Source: Neoechinorhynchus agilis (Eukaryota; Animalia; Acanthocephala). From it: a DNA stretch of 64,000 nt. Positions 34,778-46,619 of the stretch are shown piece after piece. The position numbers and the translations under genes are program-made. Location: positions 8,162,784 through 8,226,783 of the forward strand of contig CM121341.1 in NCBI GenBank assembly GCA_051530055.1, in the 5' to 3' direction. Positions within the stretch are counted from its first letter, which is position 1. Every line of letters begins with the position of its first letter. Under the pieces are notes generated by a model, which saw only the letters and a program-made list of their open reading frames with translations, was not told the DNA's origin and ran no database searches.

Positions 34778-36422
34778 AAAACGAAAACGAACTTAAATAC
34801 TTTTTGATCTTCATTTTTTCCTGTTTTTTCGATCGATCGCTTTCCGCCTTGTTGACGTGGTTTCTCATAAATGTGTATTGGTTAGCACTCATTGGTTGTG
34901 TTTGCCAAACAATAACAAATTCGTCTTGTTATCGAGGAAAATGAGTTTTACTCTACGTTTACCAACGCACTCAAAATATACTCGGATTAGTCAGAATCCT
35001 TTACGGATCAAAGAAGTTCTTTGTGTACATATTTTTGCAAAGTCAGCAGATTCCGTTTGGGATGAAATCATGTGGAATTTTGTCAAACAAGGAGCATCGT
35101 TAGCTTTTCATTTGCTACGCATCAATATTCGCACTCTGCCTTTTACCTCGAGAGATGTAATGATTATCCGTATCTTTTTGATATGTTATGAGATTTTGAG
35201 TGACTAAAAACCCACGGAAACAATTCTTTGAGCAAATATTAGTTTTAGTCGATGTTTATTGCGGAAAGGACTGTCAAAATCTCTATGTGTTTTTTTATTT
35301 TTTTAAGTGATTTCAGTTGAGAAGCGTAACTTAAAGAGTACGTGAACGTTTTTTTATCAATATCTAACAATATTGGTTTCTGCTATAAAACGTAGTGATC
35401 GGTAAGATTCTCTTTGTTATTGATATCTTAGAAACCAGAAAAATATGGAAATGAGGATACAGGTCTTTTATTGTTACCCCCCTAAAATTTGCCTAAACAT
35501 CACAGAAATTACAAAATTAATCATTCCGTTTACTAGAACTAAGATTTTAAAGATAAAATGGTGCTTTAAAATGCATCGGCAATCCAATTATTTAGGCTGC
35601 GCTTCTTTTTACTCTATCGCTTTTGAAAATGCGTCCATAAAAGTTCGAAATGCGTAAGTTTATTGATTAGCACTCTCCTTCTGCGGACGGTCAAGTAGAT
35701 TTACGATTGAAATTGATGCTCCATTTAAATAATTTGACATCTAATGCTACGAGTAGTTCATTCAACCTCAATAAAGTTTATTAAACACAATTTAAATCTA
35801 AAAACTTCATTAAAGCTTTGGATTTTTTTTGAATATCATATTGGATTAAAATGAAGGCAGTTTCACTCCTCCTTTATTTCGCATTTTTATTACCGAAAAC
35901 TCATTCCTACAAAGATAATATTTTTGAAAGCCTTCATGAAATGCAGCGATAAGAACCATTTAATCGTGAAACGTGGATTCATGGCTCGATTCTACTAGAC
36001 CATCTCTAAACAAATACAGAATGTACAAACTCATCCAGTTTTTAGACCCCTGGGGCTGATTTTTTATGGTCCAGGGTAGTGATTGTATCACTTAGACTGT
36101 TAAACATAAGATCACGAGTTTTGTACATCTCTCTGGATCCTCAGAACTTCCTCGCACGGAGCCGGTACTCATTAGTGATCGGTGGTGGATTTTGAACTCT
36201 TTGACCCACTTAAACGTGGATTCATGGCTCGATTCTACTAGATCACCTCGACATAGCCCCGAACTACACTAGGTCTTTGAAATGATTAATAGTTTTAAAA
36301 TGAAGAAGAGAGCAAATTCATCACACTGGGAAGTGTCAGTATGACTTGTTTGAGACTCCATGCGTAACTTGTACATGAGTCAAATGACTTAAGTTCGGCG
36401 CCTCTTTTTTTGGTAAGTTTCG

Positions 36423-36938
36423 ATGGAAAGCGCCAATGAGTCTACGGCAAACAAACTGGAACAAGATCACGGATCGCATTTCAAGAAAATCGATAGAAAT
36501 CTAAGTGATTTTATGCGTCGTCATGGTAAGCATCGCCATTCGCATCCGGATATTAAGTTGAATGAGAAGCTTTTAAACAATGAAGAGCCTAAGGATTACA
36601 GCCGTGAGTACTTGCAAGAACTTATAGACGCAGAACAAGAGGCTCGATTAAAGATCACGGAAGCTAGAAAGCGATATATCAATAGACTCAAAGAAGCCGA
36701 TATGGACGCAGACGAAGAACTAAAGAAATTTGAAATGGATCTGCAGAATAAGACTAATGCATGGAGAATCGAGAATGAAAAACATTTGGAACAATGTAAG
36801 GTTGAATTGGAGAGGCAAGGGAAAATTGATATGGAGGAGGTGAAACACTGCTTTCAGAAACGCAAACGTATTGCTGTTCATCTCTTATTTAGCAACATTA
36901 CCGGCCATCAATTCGATGACCAAAGCAGCGTTCTGTGA
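36423..36938 (+). CDS. ATP6V1G: Divergent V-type ATPase subunit G-like protein with an N-terminal extension
   Basis: LQELIDAEQEARLKITEARKRYINRLKEADMDADEELKKF aligns by eye to the subunit G signature IQQLLQAEKRAAEKVSEARKRKxRRLKQAKEEAxAEIExY. Confidence 0.7.
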   Translation: MESANESTANKLEQDHGSHFKKIDRNLSDFMRRHGKHRHSHPDIKLNEKLLNNEEPKDYSREYLQELIDAEQEARLKITEARKRYINRLKEADMDADEELKKFEMDLQNKTNAWRIENEKHLEQCKVELERQGKIDMEEVKHCFQKRKRIAVHLLFSNITGHQFDDQSSVL

Positions 36939-37611
36939 TTGAATGAAACATTCTGAAATAACCTTTAGTCCAAGATTCGATCGGATTTTAAATGTGATTT
37001 CATGAGTTTTTTTTGCTTTATTAAGATCGTACATCGACTCATAATCTGCGCAGACTTAAATATACGCTTGCTTAAAATAGAATCTAAGCTGATTGAAGGC
37101 CTCTTTATTGTGTATCCTCATGTATATGGTTTTTGATTTTTTGGACGTTGAGGGACACACACACAATCTTTTATCTCGTTCGAAACACATCTCCGAAGAA
37201 ATATAACCTTTTGTTTACTTCCCTTCAGATGCTCCAGAGTAGCAAGAAGTTTCATAGAGGTCTTGAATATGGGTCCGTCAAACCCTGAGAATTTAAAAAA
37301 AAACTAAAATAGAATCAACTGGTAAGAGAAACGTTTTACATTTGTAAATTCAAATGAATAAACTTTAAAATTGTATAAAAATTAAATATTTGTCCATAGG
37401 GAATGTTCTAAAAACCTTAAAGATTGTTAATGGCATTTCACTAATGTTGAGGACGTGGCAACATTCAGAACACAAAAAAAGAGTCGATTTTTTCATCAAA
37501 ATGCGTTGTAACAACGCAGAATACAACTTTCAAAATCCTGTGAAATTCTTTGATCAATGTCGATATGCGAGGTACCGGGGAATGTGATTACAGGCGGTAA
37601 ATGATTATTTC

Positions 37612-37730
37612 GATTAAAGACGTTCTGCGCACCTCGTTGAGTTCAACATCAGTTTGTTTGTTTGTTAACGTCTATTACTAACAAACAAACTGATAATGAA
37701 CCCGACGATGTTCGCAGAACGTCTTTAATC
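37612..37730. repeat. Imperfect ~120 nt hairpin
   Basis: GATTAAAGACGTTCTGCG pairs with CGCAGAACGTCTTTAATC, and ATCAGTTTGTTTGTT pairs with AACAAACAAACTGAT. Confidence 0.8.
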
Positions 37731-37796
37731 AAGTTTTAGGTTTTTAAACAGACACTTGGGAGAGAGCTATTGTAATGACAAATAGAAAATCTATAT

Positions 37797-37833
37797 TTTC
37801 GAGCTTTCGCCATCCTACGGCTTCTTCAGGAAA
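37797..37833 (-). ncRNA. Minimal type I hammerhead ribozyme motif
   Basis: The minus strand reads TTTC-CTGAAGA-A-GCC-GTAGGAT-GGC-GAAA-GC-TC-GAAA: 4 bp stem I, intact core, palindromic AGCT, cleavage triplet ending in C. Confidence 0.8.
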
Positions 37834-40069
37834 GCACACACAAACACTTAAATCAACAAGTTTTGATACGAACGAATATTTGTGGGTACACCGGCAAACG
37901 TTAAAGAATCTTCAACGTTAAAGATTGCGGTTGTCTGATGGAATTTTTTAATTTTTATATCCTTTTTCTCTCGCAAAAGTACACTCGAACGCTTCCTGAA
38001 TTTTTGGAAGCCAATCGTTTGCTGAAATCCTAAAAATTAGTATATTATCCAGGTACTTTTAATCATAAAACCTCAGCCGTTTATTTTCTTTAAAAAGTGA
38101 CCGCGTTAAAATATCCCATTAAATCATTGATTTAACTGAGATTTACGTCGAAATAATATCAAGCCACTGTATTATTTGGAGATCAAATGGTTTTTTTGTT
38201 TCGACCCATCGCGCCAACTAAACAGCTTCATGAATACGATTGAAAATTGTAATCTGGCTTGGTCTTCTATAAAAGTATTTAGAAGAAGTTAAAAGTAGAT
38301 TGCTTTAGATTTATTACAGTCGTAACTTTTTACTTAAAAAACCGACTGATTTGGGTTTTTTTAATGTGCAATGCAAAGTTCCGATCAGACAAAATGGCAA
38401 AAAGATAAAAACCGAAATATCCTTAAAATTAATATCTCCCTGTTATGACTAGTCGTGATTTAACTTTAGAAAATTAATTTGACATTATAAAAGACCTCAA
38501 AAAGCCAGCGTTTCTTGTATAACAGAAAAATGAATTAAACTTGTTGAATCCGATATTTCGGCATTGAAGCTTATATATTAATAAAGCAACCTTGATAAAT
38601 TCAATGCCACTTCAATTTTTTCTTGTCTTACCAAAAAAGATTAACAATTCAATTTTCAAACAAAACATAATGTTCACACTACGTACTACAGATTAATTTT
38701 ATAGGCAATCATTAATTGTTTTAATAAGAAAATAACAATTGCATAATGAGCTAAGCGTAAAAATAAAAACTTACAGCCAATCAGATGTTGAGATTTCGAA
38801 ACACGTGCGTTACTGATCAAACATTGGCGCAAAGCTAATAAGGGCAGCAAACTAAAACATGTTGGTGCGTCTTAACATCCTAACTGCTATGAAGGACTAG
38901 TATTTTTTCTAATATCGCTTGCATGATCCGAAAATAAACACAAAAGAGTCAAGTCTATGTAATATCGCTAGTTCTTAAATTACAGAGGCCATAAATCTGC
39001 CAAACGTCATCGCAAATCATTTTTTCTAATATTTTTTTACAGCCTCGTTGAAATATTAACGGACTCAATTTGACCTTTGGATGCCGGTGGCCATTAAGAA
39101 ATCACATAATGACCAAAGTATAAAACTGTTCCATAACCGTGAAATTATCCGATTCGGTTCTGGAATCGTTTTCAGCGCAGTCTTTTTCCACATAATTAAT
39201 TTCATGGTTTATATGAAGGGTACTCGTAATGACGCGAAAGGAGCAAATATCACAATTTGAATAAGGGCATAGATTGTATCTCGTACATTGAGATATTTAT
39301 CTTACAATTACGCCTAATTTTCTCACATTATAGAATCATAAATTTGCTCTTATCGTTTGAAAATACCCTTAATTTTTTTACTTTAACAAGTAAATATAAA
39401 CCCTTTTATTCATAGAGAAAATCCTTCACTATGCACACTAATTCTCCCCCCCCCAACATGTATAAATCTTTTTAAGTGGTTTTCCTGACAGGGAATTTTT
39501 AGAACATTCCTTCCTCTGCTTTATAGTCTTGCCATGAAGCCACACTGATTTCTTACATCAGAGAAGTGATTGAATCACTTAGACTGCCAAAAGGAAAACT
39601 AAAAGGCCGAGGGAGAGATTGCGAAAAAACAACAATTCAACCCCGTTCTTTAGGTTCCCTATAAACACCCGAGAGAGATCGCGTTAAAGAAGAATAAGTA
39701 AAAATTGATAATATATACATTCTTCTTCAATAATCTCCTTTCAAATTGGTTGTTTGGCTTACATAGGATTTATTGCATTCGCTACAACGAACGGATTTAC
39801 CGAAATTCTACGCCATAGTTTCTTCACGCGAACCTTTGTTTATTAATTACGTCATAGACACGGAAGAAAGGTACAACTCAAATGACACGGAAGAATCTAA
39901 TTCATTCGATTCTAAGTTCCTAATATTTCATATTGATTTTGTGTGTGTGTGTCCCATTTTCCGGGTCGTGTGAATGATTTTTGCATTCCATTCGTTTCTT
40001 CCGCCACACCGTTTCGCTAAAAAACATAGGCGTTTAAACATCCTAATTCCTCCCCCCCCGATTTCAGGA

Positions 40070-43000
40070 ATGTCCGGACGTAACACTCGGTCACTGTCGT
40101 TTCAGTCACTTGCTAAAAATGTATTACCCGGCTGGATGACCAGTATGGTTTCCAATAATCAAGATTCTGGTTCAAAAGACAACAATAAGTCGAATCTCCC
40201 TCCGATTACTCCTCCAATGGCTAATAAATTCAAAGTGGATATGGTTGAGATTATTCGGAACCGGAAGAGACGAACGATTGAACCGTTCTTCAAGTGTGAA
40301 GAAATAACTGAACAATCTTCATCGGGCAATTGTAGTAGTGCTAGAAGACCTAACCATCATCAATCTTTGACGAACAACAACTCACTGTTCTATCAACAGT
40401 CTCAACCAAGGAAACGGCTCATGTTCCACGATACTAGTTCATTACATGCTCCAATAACAAATCCTATAATCCTTAAGAAAGCTCGTTACGACGAAGTAAA
40501 ACAGTATGCCCGTGAGTTCGAAGATGCTACAAGACCGATAGTACCCATACCTCGTCGTCCTCGTCGATTCCATTTCTCACCAGTAGATAATCTTTGCTCT
40601 TGTCCCGATCCTAAAGATACATCGATAAAACCGCTTGGATTTCAAGAACGATATCTAGACCTTCTTCGTTATATAGCGAAAAGAGACGCTGATGAAGCAG
40701 CCGCTCACCCACCACGAACAAGCTTCCGACAACCTCCGTCTTCGGTCGTCGAAGCAGCATTGGCTGTGAAACGCAATAACGATGAACTTATCCAAGAAAT
40801 CGATAAAATCGTCACAAAACGATTTGAAGAGCAACGATCAGGGACATGGACGTGCCATAATTGCCATACGTTCGTCGTGAACTCGTTCCTTTGTCAAAAC
40901 TGCGGAATCAGCCGAATCGAGTCTCGTCAAATGCCCTATGAAATCGGCGGTGCTGTTCGAAGAAGCCGCACAATCAGTGTTTCAACTAGAGATGAACCTC
41001 AAAGTAGTGTTCCAGTGACGTCGTCCGTATCTATCAGTGAACCGGTTCTTATAAGTGAACCTGAGCAAACATCCGCCATCAATCAACAGCCTGACAAGTT
41101 GGCAAAATTGCCTTTTTCTATTGGATCCACTGAAGCTCAGAAAAAGACTGAAGCATCAACAAATGTTTCAAAACCAGCGGTCACTGAATCAGCGGTGAAA
41201 TCGTTTAATTTTGGTGCATTCGGCAACTTAGACACAACCCAATCTGCATCGATGGAACCAGTAAAATCCGACGATAATCAAGGTTTCTTTGGATCAACCA
41301 ATGTGATAACGACTTCAAGTGCTCCTATTCTTCTGAACGCGTTCACGAATCGTACAACCACCGCACCGGTCACTTTTACAACCACTACAGCAACTTCACC
41401 AAGTTTCTTTACTTTCGGAACTAAAACTACTGCACCAGTAACGAGTGCTTCAAGTGTATTTGCGTCTTGTCAAGCAAATTCATCCGAAGGCGTACCACCA
41501 TCTACTGAATTAACAACGAAAGCTGGATTCGAAAATCTTTTTACTAAGACTGCCGGTGCTTTTGGGAATCCTACAACGTGTGCCACAGTGCCATCGACTA
41601 ACTTGTTCACTGGATTTGGAGCTACTACAAGCAATCCATTCGGTGGAATCGGTTCGTCCTTAAAAGCTTTTAACGCGACTACCACTCCAGTAACAACGAC
41701 CACTACTGCGCCAAGTTTATTTAGCGGATTCGGAGCAAACACCGCTGTTACCATAACAACAACAGAGTCCGGAATTTTCGGCGGTATGGCGCAGTCAGCT
41801 GCATCGACAAGTACATTAGCTGGATTCGGAATCTCGACCAGTGCAATCGCAACAACGACGACTTCAGGTCTCTTTGGATCATTTTCTGCAATGACCACTG
41901 CTTCAAATACTCCATTTGGTGGATTTGGAAGTTCAACCGCAGCCGCAACAACAACTGCATCTAGTCTGTTCGGTGCATTCTCAAGTACGGCTAACTCTAC
42001 CACTGCCTCAAATATGTTCGGATCTTTCAGTGCTACAAACGCTTCCATGCCATTTGGTACTGCGATCACCACCACCACCGCCGCCGCCGCTACTCCAAAC
42101 CTATTCGGTGGATTATCGGCGAATTTGACAACCCAAAGTGGATTCAGTGGATTCGGTAGTACCGCAACTACCGCCGCCGCCGCTCCAAGCCTATTTGGTG
42201 GATTATCGGCGAACCAAACGACTCAAAGTGGATTCGGTGTCGCTTCAACTACAGCTCCAAGTCTATTCGGAGGATTTTCGACAACCGTTTCAACCACTCA
42301 GAGCCCATTCAGTGGATTTGGTAGTGCTATCACCACCACCGCCGCCGCAGCCGCTGCTGCTCCAAGCCTATTCGGTGGATTATCGGCGAATTTAACAACC
42401 CAAAGTGGATTCGGTAGTACCGCGACTTCGACCACCACCGCCGCCGCTCCAAGCCTATTTGGTGGATTATCGGCGAACCCAACGACTCAAAGTGGATTCG
42501 GTGTTGCATCAACTACAGCTCCAAGTCTATTCGGAGGATTTTCGACAACCGTTTCAACCACTCAGAGCCCATTTAGTGGATTTGGTAGTGCGATCACCAC
42601 CACCGCATCCAGCCTATTCGGTGGATTGGCGGAAACTACAAAGATAAGCAGTGGATTCGGAACCGCCGGTACGCCCTCGTCGTTCATGGGATTCACAAGA
42701 TCGGTAACATCTGAAGCTCTACCTTCTGGATTTGCTGGATTCGGCAAACTTAGCGTACCGTCCACTACAACCTCCACATCAATAACACCTTTCGGGCAAA
42801 AGTCCTCAATGTTCGGCACCGAACCAGCCAAATCCTTGTTTACCTTTGGATCACAACCAGAACAACAGCAGTCTGCTACAGGAATGACATTTTTCGGATC
42901 AGCTCAACAACAATCTTCATTTATGACGGCTCCGCCTACAGCTCCAATGGTATTCGGCAGTACATCGGGTGACACTTCGACCTTAAAGACGGCGTTTGTC

Positions 43001-43291
43001 TTTGGAGATGTTAAGAATCCGGACGTCGTGAAAGCACCTGAACTGTCATCGAATCCACAAACAATGCAATTCTCAGAGAGTCCATTTTTGCATATGCGGG
43101 AATCACAAACAACAACATCTACAACTGCATTTCCCAGTTTCACGGTCTCTCTTGCACCACCACCGCCGCCACCACCACAGCCTCCAAGTGAGAGCGGTAG
43201 CACAGAGACCAATCCATTTAACTTCGAAATTGATAATCCTGAAACCATTAGTCAGAGGAAAATTCGTCATGCCAGAAGGCAAAAGAAGTGA
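40070..43291 (+). CDS. NUP153: Nup153-like FG-repeat nucleoporin (likely start MSGRNT at 40070)
   Basis: One RanBP2-type zinc finger (WTCHNCHTFVVNSFLCQNCG), a long Ser/Thr-rich SLFG/FG region and a basic C-terminal RKIRHARRQKK like the Nup153/Nup1 tail. The ATG follows ATTTCAG-GA. Confidence 0.72.
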   Translation: MSGRNTRSLSFQSLAKNVLPGWMTSMVSNNQDSGSKDNNKSNLPPITPPMANKFKVDMVEIIRNRKRRTIEPFFKCEEITEQSSSGNCSSARRPNHHQSLTNNNSLFYQQSQPRKRLMFHDTSSLHAPITNPIILKKARYDEVKQYAREFEDATRPIVPIPRRPRRFHFSPVDNLCSCPDPKDTSIKPLGFQERYLDLLRYIAKRDADEAAAHPPRTSFRQPPSSVVEAALAVKRNNDELIQEIDKIVTKRFEEQRSGTWTCHNCHTFVVNSFLCQNCGISRIESRQMPYEIGGAVRRSRTISVSTRDEPQSSVPVTSSVSISEPVLISEPEQTSAINQQPDKLAKLPFSIGSTEAQKKTEASTNVSKPAVTESAVKSFNFGAFGNLDTTQSASMEPVKSDDNQGFFGSTNVITTSSAPILLNAFTNRTTTAPVTFTTTTATSPSFFTFGTKTTAPVTSASSVFASCQANSSEGVPPSTELTTKAGFENLFTKTAGAFGNPTTCATVPSTNLFTGFGATTSNPFGGIGSSLKAFNATTTPVTTTTTAPSLFSGFGANTAVTITTTESGIFGGMAQSAASTSTLAGFGISTSAIATTTTSGLFGSFSAMTTASNTPFGGFGSSTAAATTTASSLFGAFSSTANSTTASNMFGSFSATNASMPFGTAITTTTAAAATPNLFGGLSANLTTQSGFSGFGSTATTAAAAPSLFGGLSANQTTQSGFGVASTTAPSLFGGFSTTVSTTQSPFSGFGSAITTTAAAAAAAPSLFGGLSANLTTQSGFGSTATSTTTAAAPSLFGGLSANPTTQSGFGVASTTAPSLFGGFSTTVSTTQSPFSGFGSAITTTASSLFGGLAETTKISSGFGTAGTPSSFMGFTRSVTSEALPSGFAGFGKLSVPSTTTSTSITPFGQKSSMFGTEPAKSLFTFGSQPEQQQSATGMTFFGSAQQQSSFMTAPPTAPMVFGSTSGDTSTLKTAFVFGDVKNPDVVKAPELSSNPQTMQFSESPFLHMRESQTTTSTTAFPSFTVSLAPPPPPPPQPPSESGSTETNPFNFEIDNPETISQRKIRHARRQKK

Positions 43292-44053
43292 ATTACTTTT
43301 TCGGACCGGTGCATAACTCTAAGCACCTCGAAAAAAAATAAAAAAAATAATAATTTTGTATTTTAAAAGGAGAGGGATGTCGTGCTGATTGCGTTCTTTT
43401 TTTTGATTCGATGCAAGTTTCAGGATGTTTTGAAGGGCAGATAACGTCTGAATTGTAATGTTTTAGTAGAAAATTTCATTAGTGAACTTTCTTAAAAACG
43501 AGCGTTGTTTCATAAGTCTTACGATTCGGTCATTTGCAACTTACAAAAATTTAATTCTACTGGCAGCGTTTTTAATTGTAGTTTTGGAATCCGGGAAAGG
43601 CTGGAAATGATCGCTTGTCAACAATGAAAAACATCTCCGAGATGAAACTCCAGAAGAGCTTCATCACTGAAATGTTTTTTCCATTCTCAAGGCCATCCGC
43701 GAATTTACTCTCTTCCCGAGTGTGCTTCATCTTTTGGTGGAAGGTTTTAAAAATTGTAGAAGCGCGACAAAAGGATTCAAGACTCCGACGACGGCAAATG
43801 TTTGAATCCTAAAGAAAAGCTTTTGAAAAACCCATGTATGTGACTATTTCCTTTGTTATTCCAATTGGCATTGCCGTTAAATTAAATCGTCCTTTTTTCA
43901 TAATATCATCCAATCATAATTTTTGTTGGTATTTTTTTAATCCTTTTATCTAAGCGGCAATTGTTTGTTTATTTAAATTCATACACATTAAAATACCCAT
44001 GCATTGTTGTTTTTATCGAAGGCGGCTCTTGTTTTTGTGTACTCATTAGTTTA

Positions 44054-44295
44054 CATTAATAATTATTCGACGGACGGTTGCAAACTTTCGCCCGTTATCT
44101 GGGAAGCTCAGAGAGCAACTTTGTTCTTTTAATAAAACAAAATCCACTCTCAAACCTCCCGATACGACCGAGCACATTAATAATTATTCGACGGACGGTT
44201 GCAAACTTTCGCCCGTTATCTGGGAAGCTCAGAGAGCAACTTTGTTCTTTTAATAAAACAAAATCCACTCTCAAGCCTCCCGATACGACCGAGCA
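44054..44295. repeat. 121 bp tandem duplication
   Basis: CATTAATAATTATTCGACGGACGG at 44054 and 44175. Confidence 0.93.
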
Positions 44296-45276
44296 AAAGT
44301 TGCTCTAGAATATATGGAAATCGATGTCAACAATCCGAACAAGGTGATGCTAATTGTTTTTTTCCAAGTTCAAAAGAAGCGTTTGTTTTGTGCTCGAATC
44401 AAATTCGTCGTTTTGTTGGATCATTGTTACTTTCCATAAAGGACGACATTGACCGCATCTCCTCGATATCATATTTTGCTGGAACCTTTTTGAAATCCAT
44501 TTCGTGCACAAAATTTATCTGTTTACAATTTCAAAAATTCATCATGTGCTTCTTTGATAAAACAACCGTAAAACTCGGTGATTAGAGTTACTACTTGACC
44601 TTCCTGGTCTCTAACTTCTCCCGATAAAGTGGCTTTCGAGCGACAAATCAATCCTACGAGCCGTCATAAAAGCTTCGGCAGGTATTCTCTTGTCTCCACA
44701 ATCGATAGAAATTAGTTTCTCTAGGACAATTATCATTTTCCTGAACCTTAATATGGTGGAGGGCTTTGAATCTCGTTTAACGAAGCATCGCAATGTTCTC
44801 ATGACTAAACGTTGTGGTCAACCAGAAGAAAATGTCCAATCTAAACGACCACGGACGTCCATATGGATATTGAAGACGAGTATACTAATGGGGGAGTTCG
44901 TCCGAACAACTCTCTTTTGCTATTTTTAGTCCTTATTTCTAGAATGAAGTGTATTCTATGTAGTTTCTATATCAGACCCAAGAGGACACGAGATTGTGGC
45001 TCCGAAATATCGGATTTAATAAATTCCTTTTCAATCTTCAAACGGTGCTTCAAAGGGAATTCATGTGACACAATAACTTTGCAGGCGGTTTTAACAAAAA
45101 ATAACCGAATTTTTTAAAAAGTTTTATAGTATTAAGAACCGAATAAGTATCTCGGATGTCTGTTGCACTTTTTAAAGAAGCAGGTGATGATGACTGCAAT
45201 CACTGATTAATTCCTTTTGATTCAATGATCAATGTCATCTATTTTACAAAAACTTCAAATCGATGCTAATTTGTAG

Positions 45277-46047
45277 ATGGGCAGTATTTCAAAACAAGCA
45301 TTGCTTCAGGCTTTACAATCAATTATCGATCATGTTCAATTGATTATCAGTGTAGTTCAGAATGAAAATAATCCAAAGAAAACAAACGGTTTATCGTTGG
45401 CCCGTAAGGCATTTCAAACGAATTTAGCGAAATCACGAGACGATTGTGACGAAGACGAAATCCGATTGAACCTTCTGTACTTGCGGACGTTTGGTGATTA
45501 CATTTTTAAAGAGGATTTAGTCAAGCAAAAAGACACACCAACGGAGCTTGAACCGAAAGCCGACATTAACAAGAAACGCTCGGATGACTCTTCACGGGAT
45601 GCAAATGATATATTTCAACCAAAGATATCCATTTATCTATTGAATGAATCGAGCCTTGACGAAATGAAGAGGAAATATGCGATCGAGACTAGAAGAGTTA
45701 ACGCGACGGGAAATTATGAGATTGTTGAGGAGAACCAAGATAAGAATATAATAATTCCCGGTAAAAAACGAAAGCTTATCCCAATCGATAAGGATATGTC
45801 ATTCTTTTCTTTCTGTAAACGAAATAAAAGATTCTCAGCCAAAATTCATTCTACTCAGCTAGAAAAGACAGGGAGGTGCCACAGGACTTTAATTGATTCA
45901 CTCAGAGATAATGGCGATCATCCATCACGTCGAAGACAAAATTTTAGCGAAGACAAGAAGCGCGATGAGCAAGTGCAATTGACCATGCCAAAAGAGAGTG
46001 CTCGCAAAAGTGGATTGGTGCGTATCACGAAACGACTCTTTCCTTGA
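45277..46047 (+). CDS. Orphan 256 aa basic/charged protein with a possible NLS (PGKKRKL)
   Basis: Long ORF in AT-rich context. The ATG directly follows CTAAT-TTGTAG (branch plus acceptor-like). No family recognised. Confidence 0.55.
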   Translation: MGSISKQALLQALQSIIDHVQLIISVVQNENNPKKTNGLSLARKAFQTNLAKSRDDCDEDEIRLNLLYLRTFGDYIFKEDLVKQKDTPTELEPKADINKKRSDDSSRDANDIFQPKISIYLLNESSLDEMKRKYAIETRRVNATGNYEIVEENQDKNIIIPGKKRKLIPIDKDMSFFSFCKRNKRFSAKIHSTQLEKTGRCHRTLIDSLRDNGDHPSRRRQNFSEDKKRDEQVQLTMPKESARKSGLVRITKRLFP

Positions 46048-46269
46048 ACAAAGACCAGAGGAGTGGGAAGAGGATTCAATTGCAAGTTCATTGGGTCTGC
46101 CTAACCGTACACAAATATTTTTAACCTCAGAAGGCGATGAATGTATCGAATCTGAATGATGATAACAATGTAAATAATGTATTCCTTTTATTTGGTGGTA
46201 TGTTTAGAACTTGAAGCACGGCGATTTAAGCAGCCGTTCTCAATCTTATTTGTCTTAAACAAATAAATA

Positions 46270-46423
46270 ATTTTGGTCTTCGGTGAGCTGTCACTACCCC
46301 GAGAATTAAACATTAATTATTGAATTAAATATTTCGGGAAGAGGAAACTTAGGTCCCGAAATATTTAATTTAACAATTAATGTTTAATTCTCGAGGTGGT
46401 GGCAGCTCACCGAAGACCAAAAT
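46270..46423. repeat. Imperfect palindrome (~70 bp arms) centred on a hammerhead stem II-like hairpin
   Basis: ATTTTGGTCTTCGGTGAGCTG...AAATATTTCGGGA pairs with TCCCGAAATATTT...CAGCTCACCGAAGACCAAAAT. It shares TTATTGAATT(A/G)AATATTTCG with the 33626 palindrome. Confidence 0.8.
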
Positions 46424-46619
46424 GAGATTCCTCCCGAATGTAATTCTCAAAGAAATAAATAATAATGTTGAATGTTTGATCAGAATAATTGATCAATATA
46501 TTTGTGTTGTTTGCTCATTGAAAACAAATTAGCCGAGTAAAGATATTTACACTCTTTGTTGGGATTTTACAGTCAAATCAATTTAGGGAGAATAAGGAAA
46601 TATATAAGAGGGCGAGAAA

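Noticed and set aside
35966-36245. 33 bp direct repeats around a CCGGTACTCATT motif resembling SINE/RTE tails
   Set aside because: The match is only ~12 nt, with no A/B boxes; insufficient support.
38770-38810. CCAAT box plus CACGTG as a promoter
   Set aside because: Short motifs more than 1 kb from any start codon; they can occur by chance.
41470-43248. Overlapping antisense and alternate-frame ORFs in the nucleoporin (similar ones occur in the vigilins and UTP15)
   Set aside because: Expected shadows of low-complexity or long coding sequence.
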